In this document: in pieces, positions 12,025 to 25,163 of the stretch
Position numbering within the stretch: position 1 is the stretch's first letter
How the letters are laid out: every line of letters begins with the position of its first letter
NCBI GenBank assembly: GCA_964016885.1
Contig: OZ024740.1
Location: 190,340,001 to 190,404,000, forward strand
Source of the DNA: Eledone cirrhosa
Lineage: Eukaryota
Reading direction: 5' to 3'
Length of the DNA: 64,000 bases
Translations under genes and position numbers: made by a program
Notes under the pieces: model-generated
Told to the model about the DNA's origin: nothing
Database searches by the model: none
Seen by the model: only the letters and a program-made list of their open reading frames with translations

Positions 12025-14801
12025 TTTCATTTATTAGCCAAAGGGCCGACATGTAGGGGACAATACAAAGACAGGGACAGTGGGGGTTTACACTAAGGTC
12101 GAGTAAAAGTGCACAATGGCAAGACTAATTTAACAATGAAAATATAAAAACATAAAATAAACTATGCATAAATATAACAAAATAAATTCCCCCATAGGGG
12201 GTGGACGACCCTGGAGTGATTCGGGTACCCCACCAATCCTGAACCCCCCTGCACTTCTAGGGCACCCAAGGAGAGCACCCCTCTCCTCAAGTTAGCCAGC
12301 CTATAGGCGCATGGTCAGAGTAGGCCCATTCACACGAGCCATTCTCGCCACATTCACCCACCTTTTAGCAAATGTACTGGGGGGCAGCACTTCTCTCTCC
12401 ACCCTCACCCTCCTTTCCAGGTGAAACTTGAAGAAGTTGATGAGGGACTGGCCGAAGAGAAAAGTGTCTGTCTTTAGTCCTTTCAACCTGGTCCACCATA
12501 TAATTTCTTTCGCAACTGCCACCAGACAGAGGAAAATGTCCTGCTTTTCCTGACCTAAGGAAGGTGGCGGCTCGATCTTCACCATGGACTCGGCCGATAG
12601 CCGGATTCGTTCCACACGCGACAGTAGCTGTTCGACATAACTCCACAGGTCAGTAATGCACGGATATTGGACAAGTGCGTGCAGACCGGTTTCGTCGTTC
12701 TGTGCGCATCTTGGGCAGGTCCGTCTGACAGCACTTCCGTACCTGTAGAGTTTATCCCGAACCGGCATGCCCCCCGGTAGCACTGCCAAGCGAGGGATTT
12801 CTGGAAATTGTCCATCGTCCCCGGCTCAAAAGTCCTCTGGTACAGACTGGTCAGTTCGACTTCGTCGATGCCCAAAGCTTCTCCGAGTGCGTCATCGCAC
12901 TTGCCCACCACTAATCCTCTATAGAACTCGAAAGTGGAAGTTCCACTGATCGCATTGCCCGCTTGGTAGAGGGCAGTGAGTGCCTGGCAACATTCCAGGT
13001 GCCAGTCACCCAGTCTCGGTTTCTTCTTGACCCAGGACTGCAGCTCAGTCAAAGAAATGAGCTGCGGAAAGGCCCGTCTGATAAACGGCGACCACACCTG
13101 TTCACCATTGAGGCAGAATATCTGGAGATGTCGCAGCCTCAACGCATGTCTGCGCATCATTAGCCACGGCATGCCCAGCACTCCGCGTAGAGGGTGCTGG
13201 CAGCAGATGGACCGCCTCACCAACGGAACTTGTCCCTTCCACAACAATTTGAAGAGGAGCCGTTCCAACTTGACGAGGCGCGGACGGGGGCAAGGCACGA
13301 CGGTTAGGCGGTAGTAGATGACGGACGCGATGTACGCATTCGCCACCTCCGCGCGACCTTTCAGTGATAGCTTGCTCCCAGCCCATTTTTAGGTGGGACT
13401 GGCTACTCTGCTCGTTACCTCGTCCCAATTCTTTTCCACCTGGAAGTCTGGACCTAACCAAACCCCGAACAACTTTACCGGTCCGTCCGTCCAGCGCCCC
13501 ACGACGCTGTTGGACGGCATGGGCCTGCCTCTCCAGGTTCCGAGCTGCAAGCCCACCGACTTTTCCGGGTTAAGTTTGGCTCCTGTCAACCTTTCATATT
13601 CCTTCAATAAGGTGCCGACCACCTCGATATCTGAGGTGTTCGACACCATCACGGTGATGTCGTCCGCATAAGCAGACACCGCCTTTCCACGTCCCGGTTC
13701 GAGCGGGATGCCCTGCAAAGTCTCCAGCTTCCGCAGTAAAGGCTCGAGAGTCAATACGTACAGAAGGGAAGAGATAGGGCACCCTTGACGGACCGATCGG
13801 GAGAGCCGAAATGGTTCCGAGAGGTGGCCATTAACCTTGACCACCGAGCGTGTGCCGCTGTGCATTGCAACGATCCAGCTTCTAAAGACAGGGCCGAAGC
13901 CAGCTGCTTTGAGGACAAACTCCAGATACCGATGGTCGACCCGATCGAAAGCTTTCGATTGATCTAAATTGATCAGTGCCCCACCGAAGCCAGGTTTACA
14001 CCCTACCCTCTCTATGATGTATTGCATGAGGTGGAGATTGTCGTGTATGGACCTGGCTGAGATTGCGCAAGTTGCGCCTCCCTAACCAAATCCTCGACTA
14101 CAAGCGCCAATCTCTTTGCTAACACCTTGGCCAAAATCTTAAACTCTGTGTTGAGCAGATTTATGGGCCTGAAGTTGTCTAATGTATCCCTCTTGTTCTC
14201 GTCTTTCCTTATCAGCGTCACCACTCCCCTGCTCACAGAACTGGGAATACTCCCATTCTGCTGCCAGTTGCAGTAGAGTGCTTCGAGGAGTTCGGAGAAC
14301 AAGTCTGGCATATTTACGTAAAGCTCGTAGGGCAGGCCATCCAAACCGGGTGACTTTCGCCTCATGCAGCCGACAAGGGCGTCCTGAATTTCGGCTGAAG
14401 TAATCGGCCTTTCGCAGCGCTCAGCGTCGACCGTCGAGGTGCGCGGCAAGCCGTCAAGGTAGGGTCTGAAATCCGCTACTCTCTCTGACTCGCCACTCTC
14501 CCTGAACAACCGAGCAAAGTGCTGGCGAAAGGCCTCACACATCCGCATGCAATCGCTTATCTCGTGTCTGTCTCAATCCACCAAAGACCGAATTGTGGTT
14601 TTATTACCACGCTGCGGCTCCGCCACGCGGGCCCATCGAACAGCATTAGTTCCCTCGTTTCTCAGCGCATGCGCCTTAGCGCTGACAATGCAACCTTCGT
14701 GTTTGGAGTTGAAGAAATGGTCTAATGCCATTCTCGCCGCTAGCACGTCAGTTGCGATGCCACTACAAATAGCCTCGTCTAACTTATCTACCAGCTCCCC
14801 C
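12023..14801 (-). mobile_element. L1/Tx1-clade LINE, 5'-truncated ORF2 (RT + C-terminal zinc finger), frameshifted
   Basis: KSPGLDGLP, NFRPINLLNTEFKILAK, DQSKAFDRVDH, RQGCP, YADD and CPRC...ET..H motifs; minus-strand 3' end aataaatgaaatcat(tat)n. Confidence 0.9.
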
Positions 14802-16520
14802 TGATTTCTTTATTAACCACAAGGGTTTACATAAAGTAGACATTAAAGAGAGTGCAGGACAATACAGGACGGTACAAATGGGCATTCCTGCCTGTAAAAA
14901 GCAAAAACAGGATGTAACAAAAAACAACAATGACAAATTCCCCAATAGGGGGGTGACTTCGGAGGGACATTTGTGGAGAAAGCCCAGTAAAAGGCCACAG
15001 TGACCCTGACCACCAAGGCAAGTGCCCTCTCCCAGTTTTCCACCTTTAATTTACAGATACGTACTCAGAGTAGGCCCATTCACTCGGGCCATTCTTGCTT
15101 CTCTCAACCATCTTTCAACAAAATGCTGGGAAGAGAGCACTTCCCTCTCTACCCTGATTTTCCTTTTCAAATGAAATGTGAAAAAGTTAATCAGGGCATC
15201 ACCGAAGAGGTAAGTCCGCGTCTTCAGCCCTTTCAAACGTGTCCACCATACTATCTCTTTCGCCATGGCCACCAGACAGATAAAAACTGCCTGCCCTTCC
15301 CGGCTAAAGGAAGAGGGCGGGGCAATCCTCACAATGGGCTCAGATGATAGCCGGATCCGTCCTACACGTGACAGCAGGTGTTCGACATAAACCCACAAGT
15401 TAGCAATATTCGGACACTGGAAGAGTGCGTGCAGGACGGTTTCGTCGCCCTGCGCACATCTCGGACATGCCCGGCTGACGGCACCTTCATGCCTGTAGAG
15501 TTTATCCCGAACTGGCAAGGCTCCTCGGTAGCACCGCCAGGCCAGAGATTTCTGCATCTTGTCCATAGGTCCCGGCTCGAAAGTTCTTCCGAAGAGATTG
15601 GCTAGTTGATTTTCGTCGACGCCTAGTGTAGTGCCGATCGCCTCGATGTGTTTGGCGTTCGACACTACTACGGTGACATCGTCCGAATATGTTGACACGG
15701 ATCTTCCGCATCCTAGTTTACGCCAGATCCCCCTCAACGTCTCCAGTTTGTGCAGTAGTGGCTCGATAGTGAATACGTACAAGAGGGACGAGAGGGGACA
15801 TACTTGGCGGACCGAAGCATGATGTTGAACGGTTACGAAAGGTGACTGTTCACTCTCGCCACAAAGCAGATGTCGCTGTGCATGGCAGCGATCTAGCCTC
15901 TGAACACGGGCCCAAAGCCAGCCGCCCTCAGGACTGCCGCTAGGTAACGATGGTCGACCCTATCGAAAGCTTTCGAGTGATCTAAATTGATCAAGGACCC
16001 ACCCGTGCCAGGTTCCCTAGATACCCTCTCTACGATGTATCGCATGAGGTGTAGGTTGTCGTGGATGGATCTGTCGTGAATGGCGCATGTCTGCGTCTCT
16101 CCCACCAGACCACCAACGACAAGCGCCAACTTCTTTGCTAGCACCTTGGCCAAAATCTTGAACTCTGTGTTTAGCAGAGTTATGAGCCTAAAATTATCTA
16201 TGTTTTCCCCCTTGTTCGGATCCTTTCTCAGCAGCGCCACCGCTCCTCGGCTCACAGAGCTGGGAATTCTCCCGTGCTGTTGCCAGTTGCAGTCGACGTC
16301 CGTCAAGAAGCCTTCGAACAAGTCTGGCATTTTTACGTAAAAGACTATCCAAACCAGGCGAGTTAGCCCTTGTGCAGCCAGTCATTGCCTCCCGTACTAC
16401 GGCGGCTGTTATCGGCTTCTCGCAATACTCCGCCTCAGTGGCCGAGAGCCGCGGCAGTCCGTCGAGGTAGACACTAAAGTCCATCCCTCGATCCGGTCCG
16501 CCGCTGCCCCCGAACAGCTG
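14802..16520 (-). mobile_element. Second L1/Tx1-clade LINE fragment (related subfamily) with internal deletion
   Basis: DHSKAFDRVDH, YSDD and CPRCAQGDETVLHALFQC. About 0.74 kb present in the first copy (12875-13612) is missing at ~15627. 3' end aataaagaaatcag. Confidence 0.88.
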
Positions 16521-16539
16521 AGTGTACGAAATCCTATGT

Positions 16540-16593
16540 AACTTTCCAGTTGAATAACATCAATGACTGAGTCTCAAAGAATAATAATAATAA
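16540..16593 (+). mobile_element. Extremely 5'-truncated Dong family A 3' end plus (AAT)n
   Basis: actttccagttgaataacatcaatgactgagtctcaaagaataataa matches 923-970 and 32808-32860. Confidence 0.75.
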
Positions 16594-16778
16594 TTGTTTC
16601 TACTTTAGGCACAAGGCCAGCAAAACCCAGTGCATTACTGGTACTTTTATTTTATCGACGCCGTAATTATGAAAGCAAAGTCAACCTCGGAGGGATTTGA
16701 ACTCAGATCGTAAATGGACGTAACTATGCTGGAAAGCATGGCGTCCGATCCTCTACCGATACTGCCAATCCACCGCCC
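16594..16778 (-). mobile_element. tRNA-derived SINE with Deu/Nin-like core
   Basis: A box tggcagtatcgg, B box gagttcaaatcc, core ...gtcgataaaataaaagtacc and (TAT)n tail. Confidence 0.85.
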
Positions 16779-16801
16779 TTCCAAAATAATAATAATAATA
16801 A

Positions 16802-16888
16802 TTGTTTCTACTTTAGGCACAAGGCCAGCAATTACCCAGTGCATTACTGGTACTTTATTTTATCGACCCCGTAAGGATGAAAGGCAAT
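16802..16888 (-). mobile_element. 5'-truncated copy of the same SINE
   Basis: gcctttcatccttacggggtcgataaaataaagtacc core plus tail. Confidence 0.8.
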
Positions 16889-16957
16889 AATAATAATTGG
16901 GAGGAGGATTAGAGAAATGAAAGAATAAGAAAACAAATATATCACACAGTTTAACTA

Positions 16958-16959
16958 AG

Positions 16960-17010
<51 letters not shown>

Positions 17011-17035
17011 GATAATACTAATACTACTACCACCA

Positions 17036-17090
<55 letters not shown>

Positions 17091-17207
17091 CACTACCACT
17101 ACCACTACTACTACTAATTCTACTACTACTACAACTACTACTACTACTACTACTTCTACGACGACGACGACGACGACTACTACGACTACTACGACTACTA
17201 CTACTAG
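16958..17207. repeat. (TAC)n microsatellite with CAC/GAC variants
   Basis: Direct read of the sequence. Confidence 0.96.
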
Positions 17208-17798
17208 TTCTTAGAAAATAATACAAATAATGATGAAGGCTAATTATAATCAAACCAAAGCAATTCTTTTGAGAACTTATGCATTAATGTAATTTGAAAA
17301 GAAACATAATTTAATTATCATTTCCGTTAAAGATGATGTGTCTGCTGGGAATCTGTTTTATCATACTGCCTCAAATTGATCTACTGCCCTATAGTAAAAT
17401 TCATTTATCGGAAATTTTTCAGAAATCTCTACCTGATATGAAGACGAAACCATTGAAACTAATCTCTTTGGTAATCTGTAAAGTGCTAAATCAGTAGGTT
17501 GAATTAGTTATGCGCTTTACAATTTGTCGTCGCGTTTTGGTCGCCATTGTTTAATATAGTAAAAAGAAATTTCATTGCCGAACTAGGCTACCGACGTGGC
17601 ACATGTATGCAAATGTGGTCTGCCGTACATAATTTTAGTTAATATTTTAATCAACATATATCAGCTTCTAATATAGTCGGCATTTTGAGGAAGGAAGTTT
17701 GAGAAATTGTGATTCATTATTAAATAGCAACATATCTGTTCGTTTTCCTCCCTATCCCAAGCTTTCTAAAGGTCATCTGCCACCAGCTATTTCGGCAG

Positions 17799-17861
<63 letters not shown>

Positions 17862-18204
17862 CAAATATGTTGGTTGTATTGGTAATAAATTTTAATACTA
17901 TTATAGTCCAGAACTTCCCGTTACTATAACCTTTGGTTTGGTTGAAAGAGTAGCGTTCATTTTGAGGTATGTAAAATGAAATGGAAACTTGTCGGCACGA
18001 TTCTCCAGCTGCCAGCAAAATCACATCAAAATGTGCCTAATTTCACAACATGTTATATAGTAATGTAAAAATTGGGTTTTGAGCGTTATTAAATTTGTTA
18101 TATTGAAAGTTATATACAGGTGATTATTTTGACTTGACGGTAGCGGATAAAAATATATAGAATTATTAAATATATGTGTAGATCAAATTGTTGTTATTAT
18201 ATGT

Positions 18205-18330
18205 CTGCCACTGTGAGCTCAAATCCCGCCGAGGTTAACTTTGCCTTTCATCCTTATGGGGTCGATAAAATAAAGTACCAGTCACGCCCTATGCTCGATT
18301 TAATCGACTTTCCCTTTCCCAAAATTTGTT
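18205..18330 (+). mobile_element. Deu/Nin-domain SINE, partial
   Basis: aaatcccgccgaggttaactttgcctttcatccttatggggtcgataaaataaagtacc. Confidence 0.8.
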
Positions 18331-19231
18331 CAACATATAATTAGATTCATTTTTAATTTATGTCAATAATCTGAAATATGATGCCAAATTTCAATTCTGA
18401 AATTAGTTTGCAAAATATTTCTTGAGTTTCTCCTTAAATTTATATGAATAACCTCATTTAAGGAATCCTTTCCTTAGGCATAATACACATTAATGAAGCG
18501 TGAAAATATATCTTAGCCTATTGAATAATTTAATCTTAATTTTCGTGTTGAATTATCTGAATATCTATGCCATGAATAAAAAATAGCGTTTCGTTTTCAG
18601 TAGTTCATCGTTTAACAAAACAGAATTCTTCTATCTATCTAAAATATATATTAAGAACATAATAATATAATAAATCTAAGTGAAAGCCATTATATTACTG
18701 CCATAATAAAACATTATTTCTCGTTGGCTTTGAGCATAAATTCCGTGATACGATTTGCGATGTTATAGTAGTCTAATTACACCAATTGAAGGATATTGAC
18801 TCAGTAATGAAATGCTTGCAAACAACTATAATGTATACTAATACAAGTAAGTGTTTTGCAGTTAATATAAATGAAGCCACATAAATGAAGCCATACCAAT
18901 GTACCTTAATCTTCTTAGTGATGTATTGTGCAATTTCCTTTATATAGTTTGTAGCTAATTATAATACATAATGTTTAATCAGAATTCATTAATCGGAAAA
19001 GCGGCAGTCGCTTACAATGACGTACAACACATAACAACATCCTTATTGCATTCAAAATACTATAATAACATTTCATGAATACAAGGCATTAACATGAGGA
19101 AACATGGTTTGCATTTAAGGGTGAAATGTATTTAAAATTAATGTACTTTTGGCACAAAATACGAACGCTCAAATAGATTACAAATTACTGATATAGGAGT
19201 ACCAAATATATAAGGCAATACACATGTGTTT

Positions 19232-19706
19232 ATGTATGTATGTATGTTCTTCTGGTTTTATAATTTCTCAGAATTTTACGAATAGAGAAAAAGCGTCGGT
19301 TCCTCACATAGATACAAATCTCTCTCATTGAAATTTAGACACCACCAAATACGTAGATATATCTGCATGTATACATATGTGTTCAAGTATGGGTGTTATT
19401 GTATGTGTAGATGTGTATGTTTTGAGTTATATGTCTGCATGTGCATATATTTTGTATGCGTACAAGCAGATATTAGATGCAGACATTTTTTGGATATTTC
19501 ACACATTTTTACTGTTCCATTAATGGATTGTATTTGTAATTTCCTAAATGGTCTGGCTCTTTCTGATTCTTTGAAGCCCAGCTTCTCTACATTTCTACGG
19601 AGGCAGTTACTTACATATCCAATGCCCCAATAATCACAGGTATAAATCGGAAGGTATAGTCATGTTGGAGTATCTGCAGATTTCTCATTAGTTCTGCATA
19701 GGTATG
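19232..19706 (-). mobile_element. RLE-type non-LTR retrotransposon, family C, 3' end with (TACA)n tail
   Basis: Minus strand translates to YAELMRNLQIL...FIPVIIGAL, then after a frameshift VSNCLRRNVEKLGF...RKLQIQSINGTVKMC. 3' UTR ends ataaaccagaagaa(cata)n. Confidence 0.7.
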
Positions 19707-19966
19707 TATGTATGTACGATTGAATTTATGTATGCATGTTCGCATGTATACATGTATGCATGCGTGTATGTATGTACGTACGATTGTCTGGTTTTATTTT
19801 TCAATTAATTTCTAGTTACTATTGAATCAAACCAGGTATCTTGCATCGAACAAAGTTTCATTCGCTGGTTTCTAGATATCCACTATGCAATTATGTGTGT
19901 ATGTCTACATTATATGTACCTGTGCAGGTATTGATACAGTTGAATATGTGGATCTCTCTATAGATG

Positions 19967-20163
<197 letters not shown>

Positions 20164-20326
20164 GATAACAAATTATCGTTATATGTAATACAGTTAGAGG
20201 TTGTGAATACTCGTTATTGTGGATAGTTTTAGCGTATGGCGTTGTTTGACTCAACAACAGGTTTTCCCTATGTAGCGAGTTTGCGAGTTCTCGGGAAATC
20301 CTATGCAGGTTAATCTTGAAGTAATA

Positions 20327-22192
20327 ATAGTAAAAGAGTGAAGAATAACATGGTCAACAGTACAAAAAGGATTTTATTTACACTATTAACAATTGTTTCA
20401 TTGATTAAGTTGTCTAAAAATTGCTAATCTCTTCAAGTTGTTTCATTCAAATCATCGGAATAATTGATTAAAATTATACACGGAGTCTGTAATATACTAG
20501 GAAAATTCAAATCACAACATTAGTAATAAAGGAAGAAGAAAAAAAGAAAGAGAGAGAGAGAGAGAAATAGAAAAAAGAGAAGAGAAAAGAAAAGAGAAAA
20601 GAGATAAAGAAAAAATAAAAAAAAAGATAAAGAAAAATATTAAATAAATAATAATAAATAAGTTAGAATGAAGATGATACTAAATAAGTAAAAAAATGTT
20701 ATATGTGGGTAAAGAAAAGAGATCATAATATGATTGTTGAAAATAGTTGTGGTGATGGTGGTGGTGGTGGTTAGAATATAAATATGTGATGGTATAAACA
20801 TGAACATACTAAATATATACATATATGTATTGGTTAAATTAATAAAGTAAGAAATTGGAAGTTATGTTAGGAGTGAAGACAACACGATAGGATATAATGG
20901 AAGAGGTGAAATAGATTCAGGGAAAGAGAGTGAAAGAAAGAAAAGTTAGGCGGTTATGATGTTGAAAACAGTGATTAGTTGTTTTATTGACAGTTAATAA
21001 TAATTGTTTCTACTTTAGGCACAAGGCCAGCGAATACCCAGTGCATTACTGGTACTGTATTTTATCGACCCCGTAAGGATGAAAGGCAAAGTTAACCTCG
21101 GCCGGATTTGAACTCAGAATGATAAGGGCTGTAACTCTATGCGTCAATGCATGGCGTCCGAACTTCTACCGATACTGCCAATCCACCGTTAATAATAATA
21201 ATGGGTTATTATAATAGACTCAGGTGGTACAGTTTGAATCATGGAATTGTTGGGTCGAATCAAGTTGGTTTGAAATTAGCGAATGTAGTAGCTGCTTTAT
21301 GCCTACAGAACATTGACCGTTCTATTTTGCTGTCAAGCAGCATTTTGTCATATTTTAAAATATGGAGCAACTCCATATTGCAAAGTCCGCAATGGGATAT
21401 TCCATTTGTGTAGGTCTTTGGCCCTGACAAATTCGACCAGCTAATCCAGTATTCCCGGTTTGTATCTTTAAGCTGCCACATTTTATTGGCGAGAGCTGTT
21501 GTGTTCATTAGTTTACGGTTCTTTATAGAGTGTGTGTGGACGTACCATCTCTTTTTGAACTCCCCCTGCCATATAACCTATGTAGTGCCATGCTAACTTG
21601 CCTGAAATTATAGTACACAGGCACACTATATTTGACTCCAGGCATCTATTTTGTAGTGGGCACTTATCAGGTAAGTGACAGTTACATTTTGAGGCCTTCC
21701 AGTGTGCCGGTTAATCTATGCGGTGTTGTATGTTGTTATGTGTTTGTGTTTTGTATTTGATGTTATGGTGTTTGTTTGTAGGTTATTTTCATTAGAGATT
21801 ATTTTATAGTTAATTTTATGTACGTGTGATTCTATGTTGGCTGCAGTAGAGTAAGATAGTTTGATAGTATTTCTATTAAAGATTGTATTTTTTTTTCTGT
21901 TTTCTCTTTTATTTTTCTTCTCTTTTTTCTTTTCCTCTCTCTTTTTTTTTCTTTTTCTTTCTTTCTTACTGATGTTGTGATTGGGATGTAATAGTATATT
22001 ACAAACGCCGTGTATAATGTTAATCATTTCTTCCGATGATTTGATTAATCATACATTGTACTTAAAATTGAGTGACACAGCTTCATGTGTTTAGCAATGT
22101 TTAGATACCTTAATCAATGAAACAATTGTTAATACTGTAAAATCAAACTCTTTTTGTACTGCTGACCATTTTATTTTTCACTCTTTCACTAT
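20327..22192 (-). mobile_element. Penelope-like element (Naiad-like), 5'-truncated GIY-YIG end with inverted terminal copy
   Basis: Minus strand 21260-21885: IKLSYST, KCNCHLPDKCPLQNRCLESNIV..HYIG, CGLCNME and CRH. 20327-~20600 is the reverse complement of ~21900-22192. Confidence 0.8.
21004..21188 (-). mobile_element. Full-length SINE with 11-bp target-site duplication
   Basis: A/B boxes and core; gttaataataa at 20993-21003 and 21188-21198. Confidence 0.88.
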
Positions 22193-22426
<234 letters not shown>

Positions 22427-22461
22427 CACATGAATCAAAGTTCTGTTCAAACCATTTATTA

Positions 22462-22506
22462 GCTTACAATTATTTCATCCAAACCGAGGTTTGGAGTCTT
22501 CGGAGC
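22462..22506 (-). ncRNA. Minimal hammerhead-like motif (U4C core variant); a more decayed copy lies at 26666-26710 (+)
   Basis: gct CCGAAGA c tccaaacc tc ggtttgga t GAAA taattg TA agc. Confidence 0.55.
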
Positions 22507-23401
22507 AATTTTTCAATGTTTATTTACATACACGACCTCCTTTCCAACACAAGAGACATACAGATACATATGTATATATTGATGCACAGTGAGGTACATC
22601 CATTATGTTATTTTTGTATGCCAATTTATATTCAAAAATTTAAATCGTATTAAAACAGAATCAAAGCAAAATTAAAATTAAAATATAACATCGGCAGTTT
22701 ACGAAGATAATGCAAGAGGATAGTTTGTTAGTCAGTTGTAGTACTTATTGCATGCAATGGTTACACGGGGCATGCACGTGTGTCTTATTTATATATGATT
22801 ATTTAGTTACAGAAATCAGCTGGTTACCTCCCCTCACGCATTAACTCCCCTTAATCACACACATACTTCCGGAATATAAAACGATGTAAGTTCCCGCAAC
22901 AAAAACAACCTGCTATATAAAATTGGATTAACGAACACTGAGCCGCAACAAGCTGTAATAATTTAACTTAATACATCAAACATACGATACTGAATCATTG
23001 TTAATTATGTGAAGGACATATAAAATTTATATTACGTTTCCTGAATTGTTGAAATGGTGGTGTATACAAAAACCATAACATTATTTTGCTTCTCATTTAT
23101 AATATTTATCTGCACACAAGCTTCTTTATCATACACAAAAAATACTTTACCACTACAACCACCATAATACTCTTGATTACCCGCTTAAAGTGCTTGTATT
23201 GCATATAACACCTAGCCCTATAATAATCATATATAAATAAGACACACGTGCATGCCCCACGTGTAACCATTGCATGCAATAACTACTACAACTGACTAAC
23301 AAACTATCCTCTTGCATTACCTTCGTAAACTGCCGATGTTGTATTTTAATTTTAATTTGGCTTTGATTCTGTTTTAATATGATTTTAATTTTTGAATTTA
23401 A

Positions 23402-25163
23402 ACAATGGGGAAATACGGGTGAAGTTATTGAAAGGTTCAAAGATATCAAGGAAAACAAGGATAAACAATTTATTCAATTTGATATGAATTCATACTATAC
23501 CTCTATTTCCCCTATCCTATTAAATAAGGCACTAATCATGGCCATGAACTATAGTGACCTGACTAGACCCCATATTGATGTCATACTTGCGGCCTGTAAA
23601 ACCGTAATCACCTTTGAAGACAAATTATGGACCTGCAAGGATACGCAAAACAACTTCTACATAACCATGGGATCTAGTGACTCGGCACAGGTCACGGATT
23701 TGGTCGGCCTATATTTACTAAACGAAATCCATAAGGACCTTCCATACCTCAACGGTGGTTTTTACGGCGATGTTACACTTCTAATTATAGACTATAAAAA
23801 ATTCAATATACAAAGAACTAGAAAACTATTGCACAAGACTTTCAAAAACTATAACCTAAGTATCACCATAGACATAAACACTAAAAACGTTAACTTCCTA
23901 GACGCCACCCTCTACATAGACTCAAGGATATATACACCATTCCATAAACCTAACGAAAAACTCATTTACGTAGATACCAAGTCTAACCACCCTAGATCTA
24001 TATTAAACTCTATCTCTAAGGGAGTATCGAAAAGAATCTCTAATATATCCTATGACGTAAACATATTTAGCAAAAACTCGCAATATTATAATCAGGCATT
24101 AGCTAGATCAGGCCATAATAAGGAGATCGAGTTCCTACCTACATAAACACATAGCTACATACTTATTTCGCACAATATGTCCATGAGGAAAAATAGTAAT
24201 AAGAATAGCAACCACACACACATTAATACGAAGGATGCCAACAAACGTAACCCACACCACAGAAGTTACCATAATACCATAAACGGAAACAACTCACCAG
24301 ACATAAAAACAAAAATAGAAGAAGAAATAATACATTTTTCAATCCTCCTTTCAATCTAAACGTCTCTACCAACCTACCTAAGGCTTTCTTCTCACTCCTA
24401 GATAAACACTTCCCATCTGGCCACAAGTACCATAGCCTTTTAAACAAAAACACAATTAAAATCTCCTACTATAGCACGCCTAACATAGCATACCACATAG
24501 CTAGTAGCAATAAAAGAAAAAAATAATTCTTACTTCCAACAAACTAAATCACAACAGGAGGTAAACCTTCAAAATAACATGATATCAACTAACCCTGATA
24601 ACAATAGTAATAATAGTAATAGCACTAATGTAAGCAATAACGCTGGGAACAACGACCCCCATAACCATAATCCAACCGCTACTATCCAGACTTCTACACA
24701 ACATAATAACCGGCAGGCTAACATACGAAATAATTGTAACTGTAGATCTAATAGAACCTGCCCTTTAGATAAAAAATGCTTAATCAAGGATATCATATAC
24801 TCATGCATCGTCACAACTAGCAACTCCTCTGAAACCTATATAGGCTCTATTTCAAACTGCTTCAAAACCAGATACAATTCGCACCTCCATTCTTTCAAAA
24901 AACACAGTCTAGCCAACTCCACTTCACTATCTAGCTACATACACTATATAAAAACTAAAAATAGATCTTATACACTTAAATGGGAAGTGATAGATAAGGC
25001 GCCATCGTACAAACCACCTAATAAATTTTGTAACCTCTGTCTACTAGAGACCCATACTATTATCTTCTCAAACCATAATCTGCTTAATAAACGATCAGAA
25101 GTGTTCGCGTCATGCCAGCACCGCTTCCGACACTCCTTCCAAAACTTTAAACCCAATATATAG
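23402..25163 (+). pseudogene. PLE reverse transcriptase + GIY-YIG endonuclease (disrupted)
   Basis: FIQFDMNSYYTSI, MGSSDSA, FYGD (YRDD degenerate), NFLD, SNHP; CNC...CPL...C, IIY...YIG, CNLCLLE, LLNKRSE and CQH. Confidence 0.88.

Noticed and set aside
456-16484. Antisense and alternate-frame ORFs overlapping the Dong and Tx1 elements
   Set aside because: Shadow ORFs of the real coding strand with no independent motifs.
17520-17630. CpG-containing patch with an octamer ATGCAAAT as a possible promoter
   Set aside because: A single short motif is expected by chance, and no linked gene or snRNA was seen.
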